Assembly: GCA_010015805.1 (NCBI GenBank)
Contig: ML978132.1
Span: 186,001 to 250,000 of the forward strand
Direction: 5' to 3'
DNA: 64,000 nucleotides
Source of the DNA: Rhizodiscina lignyota
Taxonomy: Eukaryota
Shown here: in pieces, positions 10,698 through 22,935 of the stretch
How the letters are laid out: the number at the start of each line of letters is the position of its first letter
Position numbering within the stretch: position 1 is the stretch's first letter
Translations under genes and position numbers: made by a program
Notes under the pieces: model-generated
Database searches by the model: none
What the model saw: only the letters and a program-made list of their open reading frames with translations
What the model was told of the DNA's origin: nothing

Positions 10698-11672
10698 TCA
10701 CCTTCTGGTGCTGGAACCAAACCCGGTGCTCGTATACCGAGACGATGATGGAGCGCTCGAGTTGGAATTTGAACTTGAACCTCTTGAACTGCCTTCACCT
10801 CTGTCCCACATTGATCCTCCTTGGCCTCCCCAGGAGGACGTGCCATTTGAGCGGTTACCACCCGCTCTTCCTGCAGCATATCCAGCGGCAGCACCTGCAC
10901 CAGCCCCACTCCAAAAACCAGGTCTCCATCCTTGTGAGCTCGATCGAGGATACGAGGGCTTGCCCCTAGGCGGCTGATAGTCGTACGGTGGAGGAGGGTC
11001 GTCATCTCCACCACCCCAGAATCCACCACCACCGCCGCCGCCTCCGCCTCTTGGAGGTCGTGGGTTTGCCCGCCCACGCCCGTTCCTGCCTTGCTGTACG
11101 CAGTATGAGTAGAGCATCCACGCCAGTACTCCAGCAAACAAGAGCCAAAAGACCGCTACTACGATCGTATCCATCATCGTCCCTCCACGTAGCTTATCTT
11201 TCAATTTCTCCCCACCACCACTACCACCACCAAACCACCCTTTGCCGTACTTTTCCTCTCCCTGGTCTGTCAATATCAACCGATACTCCACCCCGCAGCT
11301 TCCTTTCAGTACATATGGATCTTCGGGCCCGCTGTATCCCTCACAAATAACATCTGTGCTGCCTAACTTGAACTCGGGCGGTAGCGATGCAGTACACGAC
11401 CATTCTACGTTCGCATCGTCGTACGAGGACCCAGCATTCGTACAGCGCATGATGTCGACGTCGAATTTGCCGCGTCCATTGCCACCGACACACTTGAGCT
11501 GCGGGATTGCGGAGACGCGACGGTGTGTCGTCAATTTGTCTTTCCGAAGCGTGAGGGACTGGATATTGGAGAGGAGTACGGCTTTTGACGAGGGCGGTTT
11601 GGTGGCGTTCGTGGTCGCAGAGAAGGCGAGGAGCGCAAGAAGCGCGGCATAGATGGACGGAAGGGCCTTCAT
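10698..11672 (-). CDS. SARAF/DUF1183 family membrane protein
   Basis: Signal peptide, LTLR...TTHRRVSAIPQLKCVGG, WSCTASLP, CEGYSGPEDPYVLKGSCGVEYRL, one TM, PPPPY, and TSTGFGSSTRR C-terminus. Confidence 0.92.
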   Translation of the reverse strand: MKALPSIYAALLALLAFSATTNATKPPSSKAVLLSNIQSLTLRKDKLTTHRRVSAIPQLKCVGGNGRGKFDVDIMRCTNAGSSYDDANVEWSCTASLPPEFKLGSTDVICEGYSGPEDPYVLKGSCGVEYRLILTDQGEEKYGKGWFGGGSGGGEKLKDKLRGGTMMDTIVVAVFWLLFAGVLAWMLYSYCVQQGRNGRGRANPRPPRGGGGGGGGGFWGGGDDDPPPPYDYQPPRGKPSYPRSSSQGWRPGFWSGAGAGAAAGYAAGRAGGNRSNGTSSWGGQGGSMWDRGEGSSRGSSSNSNSSAPSSSRYTSTGFGSSTRR

Positions 11673-11975
11673 TTTGGATTCTGTACGTTGTTATGGAGGA
11701 GTCTTACGTTCGAGACATTGGGGACAGAAATACTAAGACTAGTTGTCTTAGCAGAGTTTGAGGACAGCTGTCCTTCACACGTGTGCCTTTGTGCATATGG
11801 TAAATGCTCAGGCAGAAATTCGTGTCGCGCAATAAGATACGATACGTCATTGGCTCGTGCTCGAGCTCCGTATTGGATGTTATTTATACTCGTTTTGGCC
11901 AAGTGCACTTTGCCAGCTACCATTAGGAGAGCATCCGCACAACAACATAATCATCGCCAACATTCGCAAGTAAAA

Positions 11976-13599
11976 ATGAAGCAACGGTTAACATACATCC
12001 TGAAAGATGCTTCAACATTTGACCCTTCACAATTGAAGGTCACCAAAGATTCTATTGAGGTAACAGGGCTTGACGCCGCGAAGGAACAGCATTTGACATT
12101 TGGCTTCGACGAATTACCACCGAAGGTAAAGGCTTCCAGCCTGAATCTTGGAGCATGTATGCTGATATTGCTTTTAGATATGGAGGGTTCTGAAGCAGTG
12201 CCATGAGCTACATATTCGATGGGCTGCACCAGTACCGTACAACGCAATCTCACCTTTCCTGTCACGCGTATCGTCTGGCTTACACGTGTTCTTCACTCCA
12301 CGTCGAGAAACTCCTGCAAACCTCCTATGCCCGATGCTTAGGAACTTCGACGAGACCCTAAAATGTGAATCGCCCGAGAAGACTTTTGTTCCGCAGCGTG
12401 TCTTATCTGAGCGCTTTTCCACATCATCGTCCTTTTCGTATTATACGCCAACCAAATCACTGGACTCGCTTGAATCGTACATCTTTGTTCAATTTTGTGA
12501 CATCTTGGATCTGCACTGTCAAGAAGATGTATACCAGCTTGGGAGCGCGAGATACGTGGACATTGACTTCGATGTCATCTCTAACACGCTGATTATACGA
12601 GCCTATTGGGAGCCCTCTCACAAGCCAGGTGGCTGGACAGAGATTACGAGGCTTCAGAAAGGCTCTACTCTGGAGGTTGGCGTGCTAAATAATGAGAAGC
12701 CCGACGAGCCGGAGGAATTGAAATTGGGGGGATTCCTGACAGTTGTCGGCTCTGATAGCAAACCAAGTGAGTTTCCTTGCGCTGCTGCAATTTATCATCT
12801 AACAATTTACATAGAAGCCACGCTCTTCTCCTTCCCAGCGCGTTATCATCCATTGCCAAATGTTTCGAGTACCAGGGAGATTGAGTATAAAGTGGCTTTT
12901 CGGCAACCCACTGGCATGCACCCCATCATGGAGATCAATCTCGAACCGAAATCGCTTCTGGCACCGTCCGAAAGCTGCGCACTTCATACTTACCTGACTC
13001 TTCCTTCGTACATCTTCATCGACAAATATCAATTCAACGATGACCTCTTCCTCGCCTCCCAGAATCTCCGCCGCTTGCATAGTATCAATGGCGAGACAGA
13101 TCTCGAGGCTCCAGACTGGGTAATTGATAAATGGGGCTCCAATGCCCTTTTCGAACTCGCTCTTCCAAGTACTCCGGCAGAGTTGTCCGCGCGGTGGACG
13201 GTAACTATCCCGCTTCATCTGCGCTATCTAAAACCAGCGCATAACTCCTCGGGCATCGATGCCGTGCGCGTGCCTTGGCCAGCGGTATTCTGGGCTTGCG
13301 AGGCAGAAGAAGGGTTGAAGATGTCAACCAGTCCGTTTGACAGGGTCAATTTGGGTTATGACAGTTTGTTCGGACCGAAGACGATGTTCTACCCGATCCC
13401 ACCTGGTACGGCTGGTTGGTGGAACCCGTTGGTGGAAACGCTGTCTGTGCCTGTTTTGGATCTGGATAGGTCCTCATGGGTAGAGTTTGGGACAATAGCG
13501 GCGATATCATTGGGCACTCTCTGGATATGTTGGAAGTTGTTCGCTGCAGTTATGGGAGGCGACAAAGGCAAGGCGTCACGCGGGAAGAAGAGGCAATGA
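11976..13599 (+). CDS. PBN1: GPI mannosyltransferase I accessory subunit PIG-X/Pbn1 (2 introns)
   Basis: MKQRLTYI start, PTGMHP, C.LHTYLTLPSYIFIDKYQ, GETDLEAPDW, IPLHLRYL, WPAVFWAC, C-terminal TM with basic tail. Confidence 0.92.
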
Positions 13600-14040
13600 G
13601 GCCCACATACATCATTTCTTATAGAAAACACGTGTGAGGGTTTTCTCTGGGAGAGTCGGTGAATTGTAAAAATATTCAGCGAGATCAATGACTAGCGCGC
13701 TAGCTTGATTCATCATAGTAGTGCCAATGCGCGCCTGCGCTATACCTATTACAGGGTATGACTGCGATCTCCGACTTCATGGGCCCGATACTTTCTCCCT
13801 TTCCGACGCATCTCGTTGTAAATGTAGTGGTCTCCGCTGCGTTAAAATGAAAATGTTATCGATCGAATGACTGCAGGCTGCTGATGAAGAGAGTTCCGAC
13901 GGTCTCGGCCTGTAAAGAAAGATGAGAAGTGCAATGTTCTGTTCCTCCCTGCCTGCTTATTCAACAAATCCACACAAAGACCGGACACCTTGAGCGATTC
14001 ACAGAAGATCCGCCATTGTAATCAAAGTGCTACCTTCAGC

Positions 14041-15706
14041 ATGGTTTATTACGGTGTCATGAGCAAAGGCTGCCATCGCTGTCGCCAGCGCAAGGTCAAG
14101 GCATGCTCTATTCCTTGTCTAATATGCGTTCTGAAGGAATGAGAAGCTAACTGAGGCCATCAGTGTGACCAGCGAAAGCCTGGATGCTTAAGATGCGAGA
14201 AGGCGAAGACGAAATGTCCTGGTTTCCGGAATTTGACGGACGTCATGTTCCGTGATGAATCTGAGCGAATCATTCGGAAGGCTCGAAAGCTCGAAGGGGA
14301 TAACCAGATCGAGCAGCCAAGGCCACCGATAATGCAAGAATCCCTCCTCGAGTTTGCCGCCTCTCTGGTCTCTGCTTGTGCATACCGCGTTCTTTCTCAG
14401 CCTGTTAACGAAATTGGGGTGCAGTTCTTCTTCTCCAATTATAGCTGCTATGAGCCGCCCCTCTCAGAAGCTTACCACGTCTGGCTCACCAATGCGTACC
14501 GTGAAGCTCCTGCCAATCACGCCCTACGTGCAGCGATTGAAGCTGCGGGTATGGCTGGCATCTCTAACACATTTTACGCACCGGAAGTTGCATCTAGATC
14601 CAAAGAAAAGTACGGGCAAGCATTGGCAGCCACGAAGCAGGCGTTGTGTGACCCAGCCGAAGCAGTTGCCGATACGACATTGATTACAGTCATCTTGCTA
14701 GGACTCTTCGAGGTATCCACAAACAATTTTGGCTTCATATCAACAGAACTTGGCTCACTTACGTACAGTTCATCACTTTGGAAAACTGGGATCATTACGA
14801 CTCCTGGGCTGCTCATATGGAAGGCGCTATTACCCTGTTACAGCTCCGAGGCCAGGGACAATTCAACTACGAACGTGGCGGTCAACTTTTTATGCAGATT
14901 CGCTCTCAAATAGTGAGTATATCAGCCCTTTTTTCGTTCACTGAGATTTGAAGGGCTAACCGTGTGGTAGTTATACGCTTGCATGCAGCGGGATACCGCT
15001 GCTCCTCAGGCCTTCCACCAAATATGTTACGATTTCAAGACCAGTGCCATGGGCGAACGCCGTAAGACGATTGCACCTGTACCCTTAGGCGACACATGTT
15101 TCCGGCTGCTCGAGTTGCGTGGGGCGATCAAAAGGGGTGATATCACAGATCCAGAGACTATCCGTGATGCCGCCATTGCAATTAACCGTGATCTGGAAAC
15201 TTGGAGGGCAACTGTTCCATCAAGTTGGAGATATACTGTAATCGATGTCGGCGACGCTCCCACTTGCACGTATTTCGAAGGGAAGAGTCATGTGTACAGT
15301 AACCCTTGGACTGCACAGGTCTGGAACAACTGGCGCACTCTGCGAATACTGGTCAACCAAATCATCCTTGAGAATTGCAATGTGCTTGATAGCGCTGATG
15401 GATCTTCTGCTCTTTCTCTTATCCGCCGACTTTCCACCGAAATATGTATTTCTGCTCCCAATTTCATGGAAGCCCCGCGTAAGAACGTCGTCCCGATTGA
15501 TGTCAATCCGTCACTCATATCATTTCGTAGGTTCCTCTGGACTCATGTGGCCGCTATTTGTCGTGGCACAGGAGCGATTAAACCTTTACAGTGAGCGATC
15601 CTGGGCGGTCGAACACTTGCGCCGCATTGGATTGTCTGTAGGAATTCGACAGGCGAGCTTATTGGCCGACACCCTCTCGGAAACGCTCAAGGGGATTAAA
15701 CTCTAG
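14041..15706 (+). CDS. Zn(II)2Cys6 transcription factor (~4 introns, first is GC-AG); 3' end tentative
   Basis: MVYYGVMSKGCHRCRQRKVK/CDQRKPGCLRCEKAKTKCPGFR; downstream ILLGLFE, LLQLRG, WNNWRTLRI. Confidence 0.88.
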
Positions 15707-16217
15707 TTGCATCATTCTCTGCAGTTGGTAGATGCCGACCCCGGATTTGAGCGTATGTCTCGGAAGCCGTACTACCAGATGAACGATCTTACGCTGATGG
15801 CCGGTTCAAAAGGGCATTGATGGGCCCAAGGATGATACATCGTTCCTCCCGAGGCGCGTTGCAAAGGTTCACGAAACCACAGTCTTTGACTTCGAGATAC
15901 TCCAAGTGAGAAGATTGCTGAAGGTTACATGTACTCGTCTTTATCAGGTACTGATCAAGACAGCATAGCTTCGATGTTCATAGTTTGCACTGACTGAAGA
16001 GGAGGTTCCCTTTAGGTTGAGGAGGCCTCCTGGCCTCGACTCACGTTGTCGAGCGCGAGAGGGCCTTAGGGCTTGTTAGGCATTCAACCGAAGTTAAACC
16101 GGGCCAGGATACGGCGCTAGCCGAACGGGGAAATCTGAGGAGGCCCCAAGGCCCGCCGGATTGAAACCTTCAACACTCTGCACACCAAAGTTGGACAACG
16201 CTTTATGGCGCGCAAAG

Positions 16218-17831
16218 ATGTTCAGGTCGAAGTTTGTGCATCCACTGCGCATCCAAGCGCGTCGCGCAATATGCTTTTCGAAGCAGTACAACAGACATAC
16301 TTCACAACCATATCCGACGTACTTTCAGCCACCGCCCCCTCCGCCTCGCCCACGAAGAAGAATCCTCCGAACAGCACTGCTTGCAACGGCGTTTTTCGGG
16401 CTTGGAGTCCTCGGCGCCCCTTTCATCGGCTCTATGTTATCTGAATCACCAGAGCTGCTCCAGTCTCTACGCACGAATTCTTACTCCTTAGCAAATCAAG
16501 TGATGGATCTCGCTGCTGCCCGCTCCACCAGGATGAATCCAAAATTGGCACAAGAACTGTTGCGCAGCAAATCGGGATACAGTATCAGTGAAAACTCGAT
16601 CAGCCACACTTGCCAACTTGCCTGTAACTTGCCTTGCGAGGACACATTTTTCACTAGTCAACTTCCTGTGCTCCAGGACAAGTCCAAAGACTGGTGCCTG
16701 TGGGCCGTTTTCGATGGCCATGCTGGGCCACGTACGGCTCAGTTTCTCGCCGAATTCATGCCTTTCTTATTGGTTGCAACCCTCCTGCAGACCAATTGCA
16801 TAGAACGGCCGTATCAGCCAAATGATTTTTACGTTGCCCAGGTGATCAAACGAGCTTTCGGAAAGGCGGACGAAGCTATTTTCTCGGCCGCAATGGAAGA
16901 ATTACAATATCACAGTGGCGACCTCCCACAGAGCATCAACAAAATGTCACCTGCGATATCTGGATCTTGCGCGCTGGTGTCTCTCTTCGATCCGGCAAGA
17001 TCGATCCTGAGGGTTGCGAACACTGGTGACTCGCGGGCTGTGCTTGGGAGATGGGACAAGCAAAGTGGCCGATATGTTGCTAAACCGATGTCAGTAGACC
17101 AGACTGGGTTCAATCAAGACGAAGTTGAACGACTGAAGCGCGAGCATCGCGATGAAGAGCCTGTGGATCCGAAGACGGGCCGAGTGCACGGTATAGCTGT
17201 TACACGTACATTCGGAGACTCGAGGTGGAAATGGCCACAGGAGCTGTCACAGAAGGTCCACGACAAGTTCTGGGGTCCCACACCTCGGCCGGACGGCATG
17301 ATCCTGACTCCTCCATATCTAACTGCGGAGCCCGAAATCATGGAAACTGAGATCCAGACCGGAGAAAAGCCCGACTTCCTGATCATGGCTTCCGATGGCC
17401 TATGGGACAACATGTCTTCAGAAGATGCTGTTACGTGTGTTCAGCAGTGGCTAGACAAGTACTCTCCAGCTGAGGTTGTAGAAGCTCACTCCATCTCAAA
17501 GCGTCTGCGCAAAAAGTTCCGTCTGTGGCGAGACCCTGAGCCAGAAACACCCTTACAGACCGGTGAATACGATGTCAACGAAGATCACGATACGTACTTC
17601 GACCCGGAGGAGAAGTGCCTAAAGTGGCGTGTGAGTCCCAAGCATTTCATCGTTGAGGACGATCACTGTGGTATGCATCTTATCAAGAATGCCCTTGGCG
17701 GGAAACGAAGGAACCTGTTCTGCGGCATCCTGAGTGTTCCCCCACCACTCGCCAGAAATGTCCGGGATGATGTTACTGTTCATGTTATTTTCTTTGGCGT
17801 TGATTTCAAGGCCCCGAAGAAGTCTGGTTGA
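16218..17831 (+). CDS. PP2C-family phosphatase, mitochondrial PDH-phosphatase (Ptc5)-like
   Basis: Basic presequence; NLPCED, VFDGHAG, ANTGDSRAVLG, TRTFGD, TPPYLTAEP, MASDGLWD, RDDVTV. Confidence 0.92.
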   Translation: MFRSKFVHPLRIQARRAICFSKQYNRHTSQPYPTYFQPPPPPPRPRRRILRTALLATAFFGLGVLGAPFIGSMLSESPELLQSLRTNSYSLANQVMDLAAARSTRMNPKLAQELLRSKSGYSISENSISHTCQLACNLPCEDTFFTSQLPVLQDKSKDWCLWAVFDGHAGPRTAQFLAEFMPFLLVATLLQTNCIERPYQPNDFYVAQVIKRAFGKADEAIFSAAMEELQYHSGDLPQSINKMSPAISGSCALVSLFDPARSILRVANTGDSRAVLGRWDKQSGRYVAKPMSVDQTGFNQDEVERLKREHRDEEPVDPKTGRVHGIAVTRTFGDSRWKWPQELSQKVHDKFWGPTPRPDGMILTPPYLTAEPEIMETEIQTGEKPDFLIMASDGLWDNMSSEDAVTCVQQWLDKYSPAEVVEAHSISKRLRKKFRLWRDPEPETPLQTGEYDVNEDHDTYFDPEEKCLKWRVSPKHFIVEDDHCGMHLIKNALGGKRRNLFCGILSVPPPLARNVRDDVTVHVIFFGVDFKAPKKSG

Positions 17832-18235
17832 TTTCCTCGGGGTACTCGTGATGCTCTTGGAAACGAGCCAAACCATACTCAGGCTTTGACAAGGGAGAGT
17901 TGCTAAGCATAGCGTGGCGTATTTTGGTATGGGGTCTTTCGGGCTTTGGCGGCATTTTCGAACCACCGGTTTGGAAACTTTTGTGCCTTCGGTATGTGTC
18001 TCTCGTAAGTGGCTTTAGCTGCCACGTTTGACTGGTCAGATATGATTCAGGCCGTGGGGATGGATTGGATACAAGGAATTTTTCTGGAACCGAGGCGACC
18101 TTCACCTGCAGGTACCTCGACCTCATTCGCGGGTCAGTTTCACCTGTTACGGTAATACGCTAGCCATTTTCGGTATTCAAACTGAAGCTTCCTGAGCTTA
18201 ATCTTAGATCTCCAGGGCTTCAAGACTGCCGTCCT

Positions 18236-18375
18236 CTTATCTTCAACTACTAGTTGATCCATTTCCATCGCTATCGATAATTAGGCGGGACGTTAATTCC
18301 CATTGTATGATCAAAACAACAGGATCGACCTTATCATGGGTGCTTATCATTCCAGGATTGCTAGCGCTCCTTATC
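18236..18375. promoter_or_regulatory. GATA-site cluster (putative AreA/NIT2) upstream of the amino-acid permease
   Basis: CTTATC at 18236, 18330, 18343 and 18370, plus GATAAT at 18276, within 140 bp. Confidence 0.6.
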
Positions 18376-18685
18376 AGCATGGAGGTGCGCGTGGAGGTGC
18401 GCATGGTTACTCCCGCGACTTTGGCTAAGACTCCAAAGATCCGTTCGCGGGGAAATGCTCTTCGTTTTGGGAAATGGTCCAGAACCCACGGCCTATCTCT
18501 ACGCGCTTGTACAGGAGGGGGGGATCTCCACGAGTCGAGCGTTCCACCACTAGATTTCGTATCTATGTATTCGCTTAAAACCCATGTCCGACCCTCGTCT
18601 GGGCTAATTTCCTGCTATTTCCTCTTCTCTTCCAACGTTGTCTTTTCTACCTCACCTTTGGAACAGACATTGTGTTGTTGCCAAG

Positions 18686-20510
18686 ATGGACTTCTCAACG
18701 GAGCCCAGTAAAGAGCTCGACGTAGTGGAGGTGATGAAGCCAAAGGAAGAAGCTCATACCGTAATTGAGGAAAAAGGTGTGGAGATGAGCAAAGATGAGC
18801 ATCGCCTTGCACAACTTGGCTACAAGCAAGTTTTCATCCGCAGCTTTGGTATGTTCGAGAATTGGGCGGCGACATTTGTATGTCTTATTAAAGAAAGCGC
18901 TTCTCGGCCTGTGACATGCTGACTTCAGACAGACCACCATGAACTTCGTTAGCGGAATGCCGGTCTTGTTCGGGTTTGCCATGTACACAGGCGGACCACA
19001 AGCAGCATTTGCCAACTGGACCATGGTTGGCGGTTTTTCGTTCATCGTCTCTTTAGCCATGGCAGAAATCGCTGCATCGCTCCCGACAGCCGGTGGCATC
19101 TACTACTGGTCCTATGTACTGGGTGGTCACAATTACGGCCCGCTCTTGGTGAGTTCCAAAGTTCACACTGAATCTAAATACATATTCTAATATCACAGTC
19201 TTGGTTAACTGCTTGGTTCAATTGGGCTGGGTGGTTAACGATTATTCCGGGTCTCGCCCAAGGGAACACCAATTTCATGCTCAGCCTGCTCACAATTCTG
19301 TATCCAAACGCCACCGTCATTCAGCAAGGCTGGTTTGGCTGGGTTATCTCGACGATCAATATCCTGCTTGGTGTTATTCCGAACTGCGTCAATCAGCATA
19401 CAGTCCGCTGGATGCTGCGTGCGACCGCTTACAGTACCGCCCTGTTGATGAGCTTTTACTGGATCTGGTTTCCCATCGCCGCTTCTCGAGCCAATGGATT
19501 TCAAAAAGGAAGTATCCTGACCACGTTTTACAATGGAATTAACGAGGGGGTCGACGCTGAAGGCAACACAATCATGCAGGCCAGCAACAGCTACTGCTGG
19601 ATCATTGGAGTGCTGTTCGGTGCCTGGGAGTTCTACGGCTATGACGCCTCGGTCCATTTGTCAGAAGAGACGCACCAGGCAAGCTCTGTTGTCGCCAGAG
19701 GAATGTGGACTGGAACGATCGCAACTTGGCTTGGCTCCATACCTACGCTCATTCTCGTTCTCCTGTGCATGCAAAACTTCATGGGTATTGTGAACGGCGA
19801 GTTCCCCAACAACTGGGCCGAATACCTCGTGCAGCTTGTCGGTAATAAAGGCGCCGTTGCCATCCTGATCTTCACGTGGCTCGACGGAATCTTGTGTACT
19901 GGAGTTTGCCTATTGAGTGCACAGCGGATTACTTTCGCTATCGCAAGAGATGGCATACTGCCATTCAGCCGAGTCTGGAGCAAGGTTACGAAGAAGCACC
20001 ATCTGCCTGTCAATGCATGCTTTTTGATTGCATTCCTGTCCATTGCGATCTGTGCGGCAGTTATTGGATCGTATGTCGCGTTCTCTGCAATCACGGCGGC
20101 AGCGACAGTCGGCACAAATCTCAGCTATCTCTTCCCGATCGTCGCGAGGCAAACACTCGGACGGAGTACGTTTCAGCCCGCGAAATGGAACCTTGGCAGA
20201 TGGAGCATTCCAGTCTCGGTTATTGCCAGCGGGTACATTATGTTCCTGTTCGTGGTGTTGATGCTGCCGCAACTATACCCAGTGAATGCGGTAAGTAATC
20301 ATGATGGCAATTGTCATGACTGAACTAACGTTGATATAGCAAACGCTCAATTACTGTCCCGTAGTCATTGGCGGAATCACAGTCATTGCTCTCGGCGGAT
20401 GGTTTTTCCCCTTCGGCCTTGGGGGTAGATATTGGTTCACAGGACCGAAGAGGACCATCAGCGAGGCGGAAGTGCTCCAAGCTAGGGTGAAGGAGGATGA
20501 TAAGAGCTAA
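18686..20510 (+). CDS. APC-superfamily amino-acid/GABA/choline permease (3 introns)
   Basis: LAQLGYKQ, SLAMAEIAASLPTAGGIYYWS, GYDASVHLSEET, RITFAIARDG, C-terminal WFTGP. Confidence 0.93.
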
Positions 20511-20768
20511 GTAGTAAACCTCAAAAGGCCACGTGTAGCGTTGGTTTGAGAGGCAAAGCTATCCATTTCTGTGTAGAGTATATTCTTCATTAAGTGCGGA
20601 ATCGTGGGAGACCACTTAGGACACACTGAAATTTACTCCATACTCGCAATTAAACCCTGCCAACGTATTCTTTGACTTGATGATATATATGTTATGAACT
20701 TTGAGAGATCCAAAGCACGCGGCCATCCTTCCATCTTAGGCAATGTAATGTTGTCGCCGGATCACGTA

Positions 20769-21731
20769 TTAGTATTTCGGGGGCAATAGGAAGGATGCAG
20801 AAGTCACAAACGAACGAGGTACCAGGAATTCCTTATCGAATATACTCAGTGTTCCGGTAGGGGTCGGTGTCGTCGCCGGGATATTTGGTGTACATGGTTG
20901 TGTTTTGAGAACTTCAGCCACGACGGGATCGGTAGCGAACATAGTGGATAGCTGATCCGCAACAACACCATACACGTAGTTGTTACGGGCGTCAAGCTCT
21001 GCGGCCTCTAAAGAGTACATAGTTCCGAACGGGTCATGTACGTCGACAGTTTCCGGGATTGGTGTTGGCCAGAGGGAAGCCGGCGGAAGTAAAGAACTGC
21101 CGTACGAAATAGAGCAAAGTGTGGCATTTGCTGTGGTATATGGCATATACCACTTCCATTCTATGCCCGTGCCGATCTGATAAAATGGTGTAGGATATGT
21201 GCTATAAATTTGAGTCAGAATCATGTACTACGTTCGGAATAATTTGTTATGTTTTGTCTAATCCCATCATATATTTTTCAGAGGGCTACTTACAGCTCCG
21301 TAATAGTCCCATTCAAGAACGTAGCATTCCAGACCCTGGTAGCTGTCGGCGAAGGCGTCGTGACAGCAAGCTCTGCACTTGTCGTCCTTGGGATTCCTTC
21401 CAGATTTATGGAGGCATCTGCGTTTCCTACATGTCGCAATCAGCATGGGCTGAGTTTCTGACAGAGCTCGAGTTGAACAGACCGACTGTGGCAAACCCAG
21501 ACACCTTTCTCCAGGTCGAAATTTCTAGCGGCACGCGCCAGGTATTCGAACACGAACACGGGACTGCGGTATGTTCGGTATTTGCAGGAATAGAACTTGG
21601 AGTCTCGAAAGCTGTAAAATGTTACCTTCGCCCTCTTTCACCGAATAAAAGGAGGCTGGGAGACAACCATCTGAGAGATAGTTCAGGTAGAGCACCCAGA
21701 TCACAACAGGGTAAAGGAGGAGATGCATCAT
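20769..21731 (-). CDS. Hypothetical secreted Thr/Pro-rich protein (manual 4-exon model)
   Basis: Hydrophobic leader MMHLLLYPVVIWVLYL; three GT..AG gaps join frames into ...AFETPSS...ISTWRKV...NGTITELTYPTPFYQIG... Confidence 0.55.
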
Positions 21732-22935
21732 GTATGCGATTAAACAGCAAGCTTAGCGAAGAATAAGCGAAGATAGTTCTTCGAGGATCAAGCGAGGAGG
21801 GCTAGAAAACAGTCCTCTGTATACATATATAGTCTCATTTGGAGAAGAATCTAACGCGAACAGCTAGATAGAGTATGCCTTACCGGAATTCTCTGACAGT
21901 GCTTCGCCCTGTTGCCTGGAATTTTGACCGAAAATGAAAATTGATTTGGTGACACCTCAGCTCCCTTGCCAAAGCCGCACGTATCTAAATGTTAAAATCT
22001 GAGAGCTAGGAATATGTATTGAGTTTCATTAGAAAGGATGTTCGCACAAGGCTTCGTTTTCTATGTTCTAGTTGAAACTGCTTCATTTTGCGTCTTCCTC
22101 GAAAGATCTGGAGCTCTTTTGGCATAATATCGATTGAACACGAAGTAACAAGACAACTGAATGGGAATCTCGACATAAACAGCCTTCACACCTTCCTGCC
22201 TTCATTCAGGATGGGTGTCAACCGATGGAGATGTCGACCGATGGAGATGGAAGGACGTGAGTTGCCTGGCGCAAAACATCCCACAGCGCCACGGAGAGGC
22301 GGAGACGGCCCACTCCGAAACATTTCCCTGACTAGCATTCTTCCTTCTCCTCACTCATGGATTTCCCACTTCTGCTTCTTCTAACTACTCGGATCAATCG
22401 TGATTACGAGTACTCACCAATCCCTAAATCTCGGATCTAAAGAATGTTGGCGCTAATACTAAGTTCTAGCTAACAGGGGCAGTGCTGGATGAGGCACAAC
22501 ATGGACGCGGTGAAGACGACGAACCAATTAAATCAAAGGCAACACCACCCTTTTCTCGATCTCCTACATCTTTGCCAATGCAAGACCAAAATCTCAGGAC
22601 TGTCGATGCGGATATGTAAGACAATTCAACATAACGGGCGAGATTCCCATCGTCGTCCGACCGGTTGTGCGACACGGTCAAGCTGAGACTACCGGTCAGT
22701 CACTTCGGGAGCGAGTACTCCATACAGATCTATGATAGCAAGGGATATAATGCTGTCCTACAGTCAGCCACTCCGCATGGGGAAGACTCTAAAACGTTGG
22801 AAATGTTCATGAGTTAGACATTGGGCAAGACCTCCCACAGCATTTGCTGTCAATCACTTCTTCATTCTCTCACATTCGTGAGTATGGCAGACGATTAATG
22901 TGCTCAGCAATCATCGTCTATAGAATAAAACCAGC

